This document shows positions 40,801 to 53,500 of a stretch of DNA of 64,000 nt, one piece after another. The position numbers and the translations under genes are program-made. Position 1 is the first letter of the stretch, and each line of letters begins with the position of its first letter. The notes beneath the pieces were generated by a model, which saw only the letters and a list, made by a program, of their open reading frames with translations, did no database searches and had not been told where the DNA came from. Source of the DNA: Phoronis australis. Its lineage: Eukaryota; Animalia; Phoronida. The stretch is from assembly GCA_002633005.1 (NCBI GenBank), contig NMRA01000067.1, positions 244,582 to 308,581 on the forward strand. Direction: 5' to 3'.

Positions 40801-43800
40801 AGAAGGATCAAAGAAATACTGCCAGACTTCGAACTGAATTCCGACTTCTTGACGAATATAACTACAATAAGGGACGTCATGGCGCATAGGACTGGAATCG
40901 TGTCGAGCGACCTCACTTGGCTACTTGGTGAACTTGACCGAGACGACTTATACAGGCAGGTTTATGAGTTATTTACGTTTTACACGAGAACATTTATCGT
41001 TGATTCCTGCGGGTTAATTTAGTTCATTTTCATTGTTCTTCTTTTAGATTTTTGTTTTCTTACCGGATGTAGTCTGATTTTGTGTTTGAAAATATCGATC
41101 GCAGAGAAGTTGAAACAGTTTTTAATATGCTTGCATTTACAATTTATTCAGCATGTTTTTACAAACTGTATTTCCCTGTCATAAGACCCACTGTTTATTT
41201 TCTTTCAATTGACCTCCATTATCAACGACCTTTCAGTTGACAATTTCTACTGCCATCATCTCTGGAACAATTCAGAGGATCGGTACAAATTGACACAGCA
41301 GTGAATTACTTAATTTAACAAGCTCATCACCTCAAAGTTGTTTCTGGAAGTATTACTTTAGCTAAAAAAGAAACAATGTATTCTAAGCACTCCACTGTAC
41401 GAAGTAATACACACGTAACGCACTCACTGTTATTTGCTTTCTGTTTAGAGAGATAGGTTTACTCTTAAATTTTGATAATTCGTTCAAGACATGTTGGTCC
41501 ATGTATATTTTGACAGGTTTGCTGTTTTTTTTTTATTCAAAATCAATCTTTAAAGTCACATGCAGCGCAATCCAAAATTGCAAACGTCAAAATTGAAACC
41601 ACATTTGACTTTTGTAATCTTTCCTTTGAGACAATCTATTTGGCTTTATCATAATCTACGAGTCCTTAGCTTTATCACGAACAAACAGGAACGCCATCCC
41701 GCCGTACTGAAAGCAAAACCAAACAAAGAGCTCTTCACAACGAGGAGACGAGTTACGACATTTTTAACTACTTCTTCATCTTGTAATAATCTTGACATTT
41801 TTTCATGTAGATAATCGTATGTAATTGAAAATTAAAATTTAAGTTAATTAAATTGAGTTTATGTGTTTGTGTGAATGACTGTATAAAAGTCCTTCGCCAT
41901 ACTCTTTCTTCTACTCCTCTTTCATAATAATCTCGTGTAAATTATACACCCAATCATTGCGAGTTATTTTCAAAGTACATATTTTTTCTGTTTGATACAT
42001 TGAATTTATGTTGTAAGGACACCAGTTAAATACATTTCATCATATCATTAGTGATTATTGAATAAGACTTGGGTTGGGTGGCCCCAGCGATAAAAACACG
42101 AAACGGAACAACGGTTTTCAAAGATGTCACTACACGGGGCTTTCATAATTCTTTTGTCTAAAGTCACTTTATAGAGAAACAAACATCTCACAATATTTCA
42201 GGCGTCTTAAATTCAGCAGTGCTCAATATGAAGCAGATTTTCGTGATGTTCTTCGGTACAACAACGTCGTCTTTTCCATTGCTGCGAAGTTGAGTGAAAA
42301 ACTGGGAGGGAAAACTTGGGAAACGCTCATGGAAGAACGAATATTCAAACCTCTCGGTATGACGGCGTCCACATTCTACGACAAGCAAGCCCCCGACTGG
42401 ACAAACTTTGCCAAAGCCTATGTGAAATATACCAAAAGTGGCAACTGGACGTTGAGAGATCCTCGAGCTATCAGGTGCGTTTGGCTTATACTTCTTTTAT
42501 TTAAATATGGTCCAATCTAAGATTTGTCTGTCTCACAATAAATGCTTATATAAGTTTTGCAGCGCACCTTGCGAAATTGAAACTCGCTAGAAATAATTGT
42601 TACTGTACACGGTACAGCCGGTTGACTTGACCAATCGGAGAGTTTCGGAAATACAGGGTGTTTTACAGATTTCAATCTGCTCGCCAAGTATTTTTACGGT
42701 TTGTTCGTTAAAGTTTTTAAGTTCTGTTCATACCAAAGCATTTCTTTTTATTTCAAATCTGTCAACTACTCGCCACTTTGTCCATTTTTCTCCAACAAGG
42801 CAAAGCACGTCTCCCTATTTGGCATGGCAAGACATAGACGTAACACATTTCTCCTATATAGAAATGTGATATTTGACGTCAAGCAACTGACTGAGCGCAT
42901 GCGCTCATTTAGCATAAGTTGGAGGGAGATTAGAAACTCTATGGTAACCACAGAGTTTTTCTTTCGAGCGTATTTAAAAATCGTGAATTTTGTGATCTTT
43001 TGGAAATTTCCTCACAAGAGAAAGTGAGTTACTCTGTGCTAGACTTTGCGAGTTGGTACTTTCATCAGGAATTGTTAGATATTTTTGACGAGCTTTCACC
43101 TTCCATTCCTTTTTAAATATCATTGGTATGAGAGCAAATCTGAGGCTGATTCGTGGTAAGAACGTGTCTCATGTTAGTGAGCAAACTAGTTTGTTTACTT
43201 TCCGTGACAATTTTTGAAACAACGAAACAGTATTAGCACGATGAGTAGAAGCCTTGACTAAAAAGATCCATTTTCCTTGAAATCACCGATTTTGATACAT
43301 GCACAATAGAGGGCAGTTGTAACACACGTGCAAAAACTAGCCTTCTCAATGTAAACAAATCTTGAATCTGGTTAATTGTTAACGTCTGAGGCACGAAGCA
43401 ATCGTGTTGTTCAGAATACGGCCAGCCTCAGCTAACAATCATGTAGAGAACTGTGACTTTTGGCTCAGATACATTGTATGGGTACTGGGACTCGCCTTTC
43501 AGCTTTTGTCTCGACACTTATGTTGAATATTTTCTTGGTAAGTGGTGAAAACGACGAAATGTTCGAAAAATTCTATGAATTTATAGCCTTATCCACTACA
43601 TTGCTGAAATGCAGAAGCTGTACTCCTTTTGGTAAACCGACAAACTATAATTTACACACCAAGTTCAACTTCTTATCCACATGGACAGCTCAATAAATCG
43701 GACAGTTTCCACTAATGTGGAACAGACATTTGGAGACGATGGAAACTGGCCTTTGAAAATGGACAACATAATTATATACATGCTACATCTAATCTCTTTC

Positions 43801-46800
43801 TGCGTCCAGTATTTGCCAAGTCTTGTTGAAACATGTCTGTTACATAAAACTGTAGTCGTAAACGGTTGTAAAGAGTTGTCATTTGTTGTTAGAGTCAAAG
43901 AACCGCCGTTGTATGGTTTTTGCTGTGTATTCTATCTCGAACGTATTTCAAACGAACGAGACAAAACCACCGTTGGAGCCAAGTCGTAGTGAATGCGTAC
44001 AAGATTTGATAACCGCGTTGTTAGTAACCTGGCAGACTTACAAAAGAAAGTGTTTTCTTGTTCTCAGTGGTGCATACGTAAAATTAGCCCATTCACATTC
44101 CATTACTTGATAGGTCATGCTGCGCAAAATTTCAACAAGTGCATCTGATTCACATGAATGATAAATTTGGATTTCCCAATAACGGCGGTCTAGCAGTGGT
44201 ATCGAAGGAAGTAGAGTCCGAAAGATTGTTGGCGGTTTTTGTTTCAACAGTATCTGCGGCGGCGGCTGCGGCAGCGGCAGCAGCAGAAGCTCCGGCAGAA
44301 ACAGCAGCAGCCCGTTACAAAAAACTGACTTAACTGAGACAAATCTTATATTTAGATACCTTTTAAAATAAAACTTAAATCTTTATCAAACTGTTTCAAG
44401 AAAGAAATCTTAAGTTTGATTTAAGTCTTAATTTTGACCATCTTTAGTTTCAAAATTTGGAAGTTAAGACAAATCTTAGACCTAAGTAAAAATGAACTTA
44501 AGTCATTCTCTTGGAACGGGCGCTCCATGACAACAGAGAATCTATTGGACGTTTAAATGGAAGTGGTATTGCTTTAAGAAGAGACGAGATCACATAAATA
44601 ATTTCGTAATTGGCACTTCTATTTCAAAGGGTACCTCGTAGTGTGGACTGCGACTCATACGTAGGGGTGTGCCAGTTACATGTAATAGCTACTATCATAT
44701 CACCATGACTCATTGTCTTATTTAGCCCACCTTGCTAATAACCTGTCTGGGGACAAATTTGACCTTCTTCTCACATTACCTTTGAACTATGGTAAGTGGT
44801 GATACATTTAGCGAATGTGGATATATTTCAAAGACCTTATCTCGAGGTGTTGTTCTAGTTCAAACATTTGAAAACATATAAAACCACATTAAGTAACACG
44901 AAACATGTTACAATGTCTTTCTCTTTTCTGTTATCAATCTACAAGCTTTTTGAACACAATTTTGTACCTCGGCCGAAGTAAAAAAAAGGATCTGATTCAG
45001 TTATTCTCGTCTACTTCCCCGACTCCATTGTTGATGTTTTAGTTTTTTTTGTTTTTCGTCAACATTCTGAGCTTAAAATGTCACGATGAAACAACCACGT
45101 ACAATGCTTGTCTGCGTAATCATTGTTACGCAATAACTCGGTAGCCTAACTCTAATAGCCATTCCCACAAAGAGTACCCCAACTCGAGCTCAGAGCCTGG
45201 GCGAAACGATTTGGGGGTTGGTGAAAAGGTCATATTTTATGTTCAGTAATGTTAAGAACTCAACGTATAATTTACTTTTTATAAACACGTATGAAATGAT
45301 ATTCATCTTCAATTAGGGACACTCAGAAACAACACATACGGTTGTGATTGGAGCAACGTACTTTAGCCATAGCTGCTAAAAGATAATATATGGAATATCA
45401 CGCAGCAGATAGGACTCCATTTCAAAATTAATTTTAATTGAGGAACATGTATTAAGTTTCGAGCTATTCTCAACAGCAAAACTCCAATCTTGTAAAAAAC
45501 AATCTTTAATTCGCTTCTCAAAAATGACAAGTAAAGATGCTTCGCAGCCAACTCCCTGATTGTGTCATACCAATCCAAAACCATAACTTTGCAGCAAATT
45601 CCTATCAGATGAAGACCAATTTTTCATACCAGTCTCATCCCGTGTGACAGCTCGTCATTGACTGATTTTGGATTTCGATGTGCTGGCATTTTTAACAATT
45701 CAAACCAATATTTGATCAGATTAACAAACAGTTTACATAAATTGGATACCTTCCCAGTTCTCCCAAGACAGCATGATTTGAATAGTTACTTCCAACTCCC
45801 AGCAGTTGCTTCTAGAATGCATGGGACATTTGTGTTCCAAGCATCCTTTATTTTCCTGCTATGAAATCATTCTAAATCTATAGGAAATCAAGAGTGTTAG
45901 GCAAAAACGAACACTTTCGCTAATACTCTGAATTTTATCTAAACATCGTCACGGAAACACTTCTGCATTTCACTAAACGAAGACACAATCATGCCTAAAT
46001 CAGCCACGATTTTGCTCTTAGATGTTTAAAATTTTATAACTTACATCAAACCAGTCGTCCCGTTCAGCGCACCACTGTTTCCGAAACACTCTGATTGGCA
46101 GTTAGCTGGTTGCATTATTTATTGGGCACTTTCGTACGAGCGTTTCATGTACAGCATATGTATTGTTTAGGCACAATTTTACTGGTCTTTTTGTGTATGA
46201 AGTCCTTGTTTATGCATCGTGCAATGTTTAATTTGGGCTTGAGTATGTTTCGTCTGATAGACAACAGTTCCAATAGCAAAATATATACGATACATACATC
46301 CGTATTGAAACCATTACAGTTATTCCAAAGATTTCCAAAGAAGTAAACTTAATATTTCATAAAAAGACAGTATACTTAGTCGAAACCGTTTCTTTAATTT
46401 CTATGGTATTGTCTGTAGTTTTGTAATTTTAGTTCCGTGGGCGCGATAGGTCCCGCTGGCTCGATATCGTCCACTGTTGAAGACATGGCGAAGTACTTGA
46501 AGTTTTTGGTCTCTGAGGGTAAGACGGAGGACAACCGTACCCTGGTCCCCTCCAAGGCTCTCCAAGGAGTGTTCTATCCCGTTATGGTTTTACCTCAGCC
46601 CTGGTTTGGCGGTGCTATGAGTCTAAACAGCGCCCCCTTTAAACGATCGTTGGATAGTTACGCCAAAGGTTGGATGGTTGGCTGGTACAAAGGTAAACGT
46701 TAAATATTGATATTGATTCTATACACAATCACGCGTAGCATCCCCACAACATATGCAAGAAGAGGATTATAAGTTCAAGCGGGTATAAATCTGTATTCCG

Positions 46801-49156
46801 TCTTAGAAGCAAACTTAAAGTGTTGCCTTCGAAACGTCACAGGAAAGGGGGGGGGGGGGCGNNNNNNNNNNNNNNNNNNNNNNNNNNNNNNNNNNNNNNN
46901 NNNNNNNNNNNNNNNNNNNNGTTCACTAAGGAAAATCTTCCTGCGCTCGAGATTTACTTTGTTTATCGTCATTCTTTTGAAAAGGTATTTCTTGGATCTT
47001 AGCTCCAGGATGATAACACCCGCGATAAACTTTGACTATTCACTGAAATGGAAAAAATCGAAATTTCTCCAATAATGCAGTTTTTCATCTTTGCCGTCGA
47101 ACGTCACTGGCACTCATTTTCCTAGTGTTTAGTAATAAGGTCTCAAACTTACTCGAGAACACTTACTTTTCACTTGTGCGATTTTGTGTGATCTCCCTAA
47201 GTTTGGAAGAAGCTCGTTCTACCGGCCGACCGCACCGACTCCTGGAAACCACTGGACTCTGTACGACGCGCGTTGACTATAGCGCACATGCGCTTTTTCT
47301 TAGAGATTCGTCTACTTGGACTACACGCAACAATCCCGAGTTTCATGTCTATAATCAGTAACAAAAATATACTTAAATCTCAGAACCGGCACGCTTAGCA
47401 GACGTGAAATGATCAGGGTTGGGATTTTTGAATTTGTAATGAGTGAAAGATTGTCAGATGTTGTCTCCGTGCCGGACGCATTTTTGTTCATTTCTTAAAC
47501 CTTTACTGCTTCAGGGGCTTATCCAGGATTTTGAGTTTGGGGGGGGCAGAGTATTAGCCAGAATATGTGAGAATTTTCGGAGGGCCCTTGCCCCCGCCCC
47601 TAAATCCGCCACTGTGCTTGCAAGCGGGAAGTTGAAATTTAGCAGGAAATTCGGTTTGAGACTGTTTCGTTGCAAAGGGATTTGTAAAAATCTGGCTGGT
47701 CTGACACACACTTTACTCATCTGATTTCTGGCATCTGGAGAGTTTTGACAGTCGGATTGAACTGTTTCTCAGTTTTTAGTAATCGCGTGCAAATGGTAGC
47801 TTTGGGGTGAAAAGCGCTGATTTGGCGTATTTTTGCTGTTTTGTTTTTCAAGTAGCTGCCTGCACTGACTTCCGGATAGACTTTGGAATCAATTTCAGTA
47901 GACTTTGTGCAAGGTTTTTGAAGTCTTTGGTCCATTATACTCTTCAAATTTTCCGGTTTTGTACATCATGTAGACTGTTGGAGCTGACTTGATTTGGTTT
48001 TTCAAGTCCCAAATCATCAAAAACTCTCGAGTGCCACCTTTATTGGGAAACTCACTAAAGTGACTAACTTGATAGGTGTCGCTTCAGTGCTGCGTACTTA
48101 TTGGTCATTTTGGAGCAGTCAACTATAAAAAAGACACTGGGTAGGCCTACATATGTATGACTGACCCGTTTTCTTGCACAGATAATGCAACTCGAAGTGA
48201 CCAGTCAATGTCTTTAAATTTCTGTGACTCATCATAGATCATAGTCTGTAGGATTCATAGTCACATGTACGTGACAGCAAGCTTGTACAGCAACGCCAGA
48301 ATTTGGTAATTTAGCTTGTAACTTGGTCAAATAGACTGTTCATGATGGCTGACCCAAGTTGGCGTGGGGAATTGTGTGGAAGTTTTCTTCATTTGTTTTA
48401 TTACTATTGCTTATCGCTCGTGTTTTTCTAGGTCACAAAATACTTGCACATGGTGGTAATTTGTTTGGTCACGACTGTTTTATGACGTACATCCCGGAAA
48501 AAAAGAGCGCCATCTACAGTTTTGTAAACGGACCTGCGTCGATGCCGTCCATTAAGACCAACATTCTGCTGCACAGCTACATGGTTGACGTGGCACTTGG
48601 CGACACACCTTGGCTCAATGGCTCTACAGCATGTTCATATCCACAACCGTGGGGAAAAGAAAACGACTTTTATTACAGCTCGCCAAACTTCAACTTCCCA
48701 AGGAATCGCGCACTTTCTCGACCCATTGACGAGTACTTGGGCACTTTTGGAAACTTTGCTCTTGGAAATGTTACAGTAATTAAAAATGAAGACGGGCAAC
48801 TACAGATGAATTATGGTATACACGGGAAATTAGTCTTATATCCTCAAGCAGAGAAAGATAAGTTTTACGTTGAAGCCAAAGAACCTATGGCGCTTATCTC
48901 TGAAGTAAACTCTCGATTCAGCAAACTTCGTCATGTCAAATTCACTGATGCCGTTAACGGAAAATTAAATAAGGTAAACGTGGCCGTGTTTAATATCATG
49001 AGCCCGCCAATATTTGTGAGAAATCAAAAGCTATCGGATGCTCCAATGCCAAAAAGCGACCCATGTGACGTCTCTGGTTCACCACATTCTCCACCAGGTT
49101 CGCGCGTGTTACTACTGGTCTTAAGTTTTCTTTTGCATCACGTTTATTTGTCGTAG
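31561..49156 (+). CDS. Gene B: tandem paralog of gene A, beta-lactamase-family serine hydrolase, ~576 aa, 5 coding exons
   Basis: Exons 31561-31865, 40788-40955, 42202-42474, 46433-46692, 48432-49156 join in frame (1731 nt). Same intron phases and motifs as A (SVSK, YNN, HGG, hydrophobic tail). Confidence 0.9.
35220..36885 (-). pseudogene. Degenerate 3' fragment of an L1/Tx1-clade LINE (RT end, PIWFN block, zinc-binding motif) in gene B intron 1
   Basis: GINIGSVQLKILQYANDT, PIWFNPK, KWFQIRLTLRILSTN, CTFC...H-FWEC across frameshifts; AATAAA and A-tail near 35220-35240. Confidence 0.8.
36885..36985. repeat. GA-rich microsatellite (GAGATA/GAGAGG)n
   Basis: Direct reading. Confidence 0.9.
37587..37750 (-). 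mobile_element. Related MITE, 5-bp TSD CAATA
   Basis: Ends AAAATCCTGGGTCCGCCCCTG; similar copies at ~4439-4591 and ~18200-18315. Confidence 0.6.
39046..39410. mobile_element. Tc1/mariner-like MITE
   Basis: TIR AAGATGTCCCAAAATGTACT / AGTACATTTTGGGACACCTT. Confidence 0.6.
39870..40099 (-). mobile_element. Degenerate copy of the same SINE
   Basis: Shares ACACTGCCTCT head, GAGC-GCTAGA and CTGA-ACACGTTG blocks with 26130-26360. Confidence 0.5.
40379..40692. mobile_element. MITE with ~35-bp near-perfect TIRs and CCC...GGG termini (EnSpm/CACTA-like)
   Basis: CCCGGGGGATCACTCATATTGACAAGGTGCCCGCAG and its reverse complement; absent upstream of A exon 2. Confidence 0.8.
40788..40955 (+). CDS. Gene B exon 2 (GC donor; missed by the ORF track)
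   Basis: Acceptor tctccag|A; ISWKRRIKEILPDF...AHRTG; 4 nt differences from A exon 2; donor AG|GCAGGT. Confidence 0.87.
42202..42474 (+). CDS. Gene B exon 3
   Basis: Acceptor atttcag|G; RYNN...SEKLGGKTWETLMEERIFKPLGM; donor AG|GTGCGT. Confidence 0.9.
42663..43117 (+). mobile_element. Repeat with a TTAA/Kolobok-like end in gene B intron 3
   Basis: Clearly alignable to the reverse complement of 57175-57636. Confidence 0.65.
44310..44521. mobile_element. AT-rich MITE (PIF/Harbinger-like TIR)
   Basis: GCCCGTTACAA...TGACTTA / TAAGTCA...TTGGAACGGGC. Confidence 0.55.
46433..46692 (+). CDS. Gene B exon 4
   Basis: Acceptor aattttag|T; GAIGPAGSISSTVEDMAKYL; donor G|GTAAAC. Confidence 0.9.
46862..46920. 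other. Assembly gap (others at 51432-51500 and 60051-60058)
   Basis: N runs adjacent to poly-G/C tracts. Confidence 0.95.
47512..47614 (+). mobile_element. Related MITE, 5-bp TSD TGCTT
   Basis: CAGGGGCTTATCCAGG...TAAATCCGCCACTG. Confidence 0.7.
48432..49156 (+). CDS. Gene B exon 5
   Basis: Acceptor tttttctag|GT; HKILAHGGN...SRVLLLVLSFLLHHVYLS*. Confidence 0.92.
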
Positions 49157-50612
49157 GTTAACAACGCCTACAGTTCACAATGTTTTAAGGGTGTCAATAT
49201 CTTGCCTAAGACGTGACTAGACCTATAATGAAAATATGACTGAAGTGCATTTTGAGATTTTCGGCTAAAATAACACGTATAAAGCGTGCGATTTTACTGT
49301 ATGCTGTATGTGCTATCACGGGATCAGTTTAAATTGAATTACATTCTTGATTTTCCGACTTGGTCGTAAACATTTTGTTTTTCCGTCAGATTGTTCTTAC
49401 TTGATTATGTTTTCTTATTGCAACGTTGTGTGTCTCTATCGCCTTTTAACATTTATGTTTGTAAGCGAGAGATTCCATAAAACAGACAGTCTGCAAGAGT
49501 TCTACAAATGCCAGCTGAAAGTGTCTAGACGCTTTGTCCGCACGCGGCTAGGGCCTCGATACGCACAAAATTCTTCTCTTACGCACTCTTTTAACCTGTA
49601 ACGCACGCACATTCCCCTTCTCCTGAACCAATTTTGCTTCTCATGAACATATTTATTTGGTCGCGGACGTGCCAACTCTGCTCTCTCACATTATTTTTTG
49701 GCCGCGCACGCCGTTTCCTTCTCTCGGGCCACTTCGTATAACCTGGTAAAATGTCCACGCACAACTGTGAAAACGCGTCTATAGGCCTACAGTCAATTTC
49801 TTATTATTCATCATTTCGCAATACCGCAAACTGAAAAAAAAAAACAACGCTCATATGTTGGTGATGTTTGCTAGGATATTGTGAGAATGGTACTGAACAA
49901 TCTTTGAGCTCAGTATTACTTGTACATGTCGGCTGCCGTGGTGTGCCGTGGTCCTGCAGCACGAGCATTGACAGAAGTATGGATATCATTCACAGCATAT
50001 TGTGAGAGAAAGAATCCTTATTTGTTTTTAAAATGTTCAAAAAGTTTATTTATAAAAATGAAACGGCAACGAAAGTAGCTCAGTCGACGAGTTTGTTCGT
50101 GAGCATACTATGGCACCGCGAGCAGGTAATTGGGGAGTCCGTCCTTGAGGAAACAAATATATGAATACGAGACGCTAAAAATGGCCGGGCAGGGTAAGAG
50201 TGAGGGAGAAGAATCTTGTGCTCTTACAGGGTCGAGTCACGCGCAGGCCGAAAGTTTGAACAGTGGAAAATAACATGGCATGGGGCATCTGTCCTAACTA
50301 TACATTCCCGGGCTGAGTGCTCGCAAACCTACGCATATGCAAATTATGGGAAAGATTCAAATTCGTGATAATTCAGAATGCGAGTTATAGACATAAAGAC
50401 AACTTGGCTACCATGGCGTAACGAGTTTTTTTTTTGGCGCTGGGGGCAGCTGTACAAAATGCTCCCTGGTATATCTTTACCAGAGAAAAGACAAGTTTTG
50501 AATAAGAAGTACTTAGATATGTGAGCACCGTTTTTCGAAAACATTTTATTGTTATAAAACCGCAACAATGAAGTGAAAGTTTAGTGAGCGGTCCGTACTG
50601 CGATACAATTTT

Positions 50613-51330
50613 CAAACGTCTATTTTACGAGCCTTTCCCTTTGCGAATTTATCGATGATGTCATCAAATAAAATGATACAACCAAATCTTTCTCAACTGA
50701 CAGAATGGCAAGTCTTGCCAGGCCACCTTGACTCATTGTTTACCTTAGGCACCTTTTAACTATATTCAACTTGCCGAAAGACCTTTCGCGAGTTGTCATA
50801 TTGACAAACAAGGTCAACAATATCTGCAACGCCGTTCTGCAGGTTTGGAAACCAATCCTTTCCATATTGTATGGTGGCCGTCAGAAGCTCTTCTGATGCT
50901 GAGGGAATTTCTGTGTGCTGTCGTTTATTGAAAAGCATTCGACAATCGGTAATATCTTCACGAAGTGAGTTGCCGTTGAAGTCCCCTGAAGGCACCAAAA
51001 TCGACAGATCATCCGATTTCATGATACCAAACACCAGTGATTGGACGTGTAACCGAACTGAGAGTTCTGATCAGAACTTGATTTCTGCGTTCTTGAAGTT
51101 CAGTTGCCAATATATCTACCACAAAGCTTCACGACGATTTCACACGTCATGGTTAGTTCCATGTCTGCTGCTTCTTCATCAGGTATGTCACTTTCGCCTC
51201 TCACGCTCTGTGGACCATTTTTCGATGAAGGTTTCAAACGCTGAAGGAAATAATGTTGTAAAGTTTTTGAAGCTTTTTAAAATTCCATTTGCTGGACTCC
51301 AAAAAAGCAGACTAATTTCAAAAGGCATAA
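50613..51330 (-). pseudogene. hAT transposase C-terminal (dimerisation domain) relic
   Basis: Across frameshifts: FPNL..ALQILLTLFVNMTTRERSFGKLNIVKRCLR*TMSQGGLARLAILSVEKD...DDIIDKFAKGKARK. Confidence 0.8.
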
Positions 51331-53441
51331 TTTGTGTAAATAGAAACGCCCGTGGACAGAATTTCGGAATACTTATTCGTGGCAAATGGGAGACGATACA
51401 ACTGGAGATGGGGAGTTGCATTTTTGGCGATNNNNNNNNNNNNNNNNNNNNNNNNNNNNNNNNNNNNNNNNNNNNNNNNNNNNNNNNNNNNNNNNNNNNN
51501 CCCCCCCCCCCCGTCGCTACGCCACTGCTTAGATCATGTCTTGGTAGTTGTTTGCGCCACTAACTTTCTAAATTTTCACATACGACTAAATCGGACCGAA
51601 ACGGGTGCTGCGACAAGACTTTTCGACTACCAGAGGGATTTTTGTATAGTTGCCCCCGGGCGCCACTGAAAAAAAAGCACTTTACGCCAGGGACCAAGTT
51701 GCCTTTTTGCCGGTAGGCCTGATTTGCGCTCTTAATTATCACAAATCTGGGTCTTTTCCATTACTTGCATATGCGTAGGTTTGGCGCCGGAGCATTCCGA
51801 GTACACCAAAAGTACTTTAATTTACTAAAGCAAAGGCTACTTTCATGTTTTAACCACTGCACCCTCTGACACAGCGCCACCTATAAGGAAAAGGAAGCAC
51901 TGTGAAATACTATATAGTTTCTTGAGTCTTCATGTTTAATCATCAATAACGTATTTCATACAGACGTCCTTGAATTTTTGGAGATTAACTGTTGTTAAGG
52001 CACTATTAATAAGAAATAAACCTAACAATACTAACAATAGAAACCATGATAAAATCAAGTCAATTTGAGTGTTTGTTACACATTGTTCTTGGACACGTGC
52101 GATGTGTTCCCAGGGACCCACGAGTGGAGTTCTCGTGGAAGTTCAGTGGACTCTGAATCGGCAATAGCGCGGTAGGTCAAGTCTCAGAAAACATTTCTAA
52201 ACTTCAAAGGATATATTATTACCAAATCACCAATAACATTAATACATAAAAATACAAAACATAACAACACAAGCGGGTAAGGTAAAACAAACCAAAGTTC
52301 AACAAACTATCAAGAATTAGAGATATCTCACAGTGATGTCAGAGACAAAACTTTCAAGCCAGCAAAATATATGAAACCATGGGAAAGTTTTACCTAGACA
52401 AACAGTTTTCAAAAATGTTAAAATAAACTCAATGCTAAAAATGCCCAGGTAAATAGTACAATAACAAAACCTATGGTCCATTGAAGTGGCTTGGGGACCA
52501 GTGCACCCTGGAAATAGTCTTGAGCACAAATACACCAATGAACACCAATGGAATGCTAATGGGACCATTATCTGGGGTAAACATTTTTTCCATTTCATTG
52601 CTCAAATATATTATTCTTTAAGATAGTCATGCAAGTGAATGTTAAACAAATGAACATGTTTTGAAGTGTAAGCTAATATCCCCAAAATATGGACATCATA
52701 CAGTATATGAGGAAAACTGTAAATTTTGCTTTTTTGTATTACATTCCAGCATCCCAAATTGAAACAGTAATCTTTAAGTGCAATCAGCGAATGTTTTTGT
52801 GTCACAAAGATATGTTCACTTCAGAAAAACAAAACCACAACCATGATAAGGGTTTTAGCAACATATCACTTTTGCTGGACCTGAAACTAAATGTCCGAAA
52901 ATTGACCCAACAGAAACCGACTACACAAAACTGTTATAAGGGCAAAGATTTTGACATGGCATAAACTGACCCCTGGTGTCAATTTGTCCCTTCACTCTCA
53001 GGTAGTGTATGTAGCAACAGATGACCTTGCTTTACCTAAACTACAAGTCTCAAGACTGAACCACTGTCCCCACGTTTACACAACTGTGCAGATTCTGCCA
53101 CTTCCTCTAAAAGCACTTATGCCTTACCATAGTTTATTAGTGAAGCCTATTAATGGCTTCTAACACTGATTATCTTGTGCAGAGTCGGTTTGTGCTGGGT
53201 AAATTTGACAATTGAACACAGCACTGGTAAGACCAATTTGCGCATACCAGAATAATCCTGCCCTGTGAACACCTTCCAATAGTGAACCAGTCCACAAATT
53301 GAATGCATGCCATATCAGCACTTCATGGATACCTGAACAACCCAGCTGCCGCACTCATAACCATAATTGGGAGTCGGTGAATTGAGTTCATCAGATCTGT
53401 GAGCCGTGTTAGTAAATGAAAAACTATGTTTACGAGTACAA

Positions 53442-53500
53442 CAGTCATGTTGTTCCAGTAGCCTGACTACAGCAGTCATGTTGTTCCAGTAGCCTGACTA
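53442..53500. repeat. 31-bp tandem duplication
   Basis: CAGTCATGTTGTTCCAGTAGCCTGACTA x2. Confidence 0.85.

Noticed and set aside
44139-44333. Poly-alanine ORF
   Set aside because: An intronic GCG/GCA microsatellite next to a MITE.
50871-51563. 230-aa plus-strand ORF
   Set aside because: Antisense to the hAT relic and extended through an N gap.
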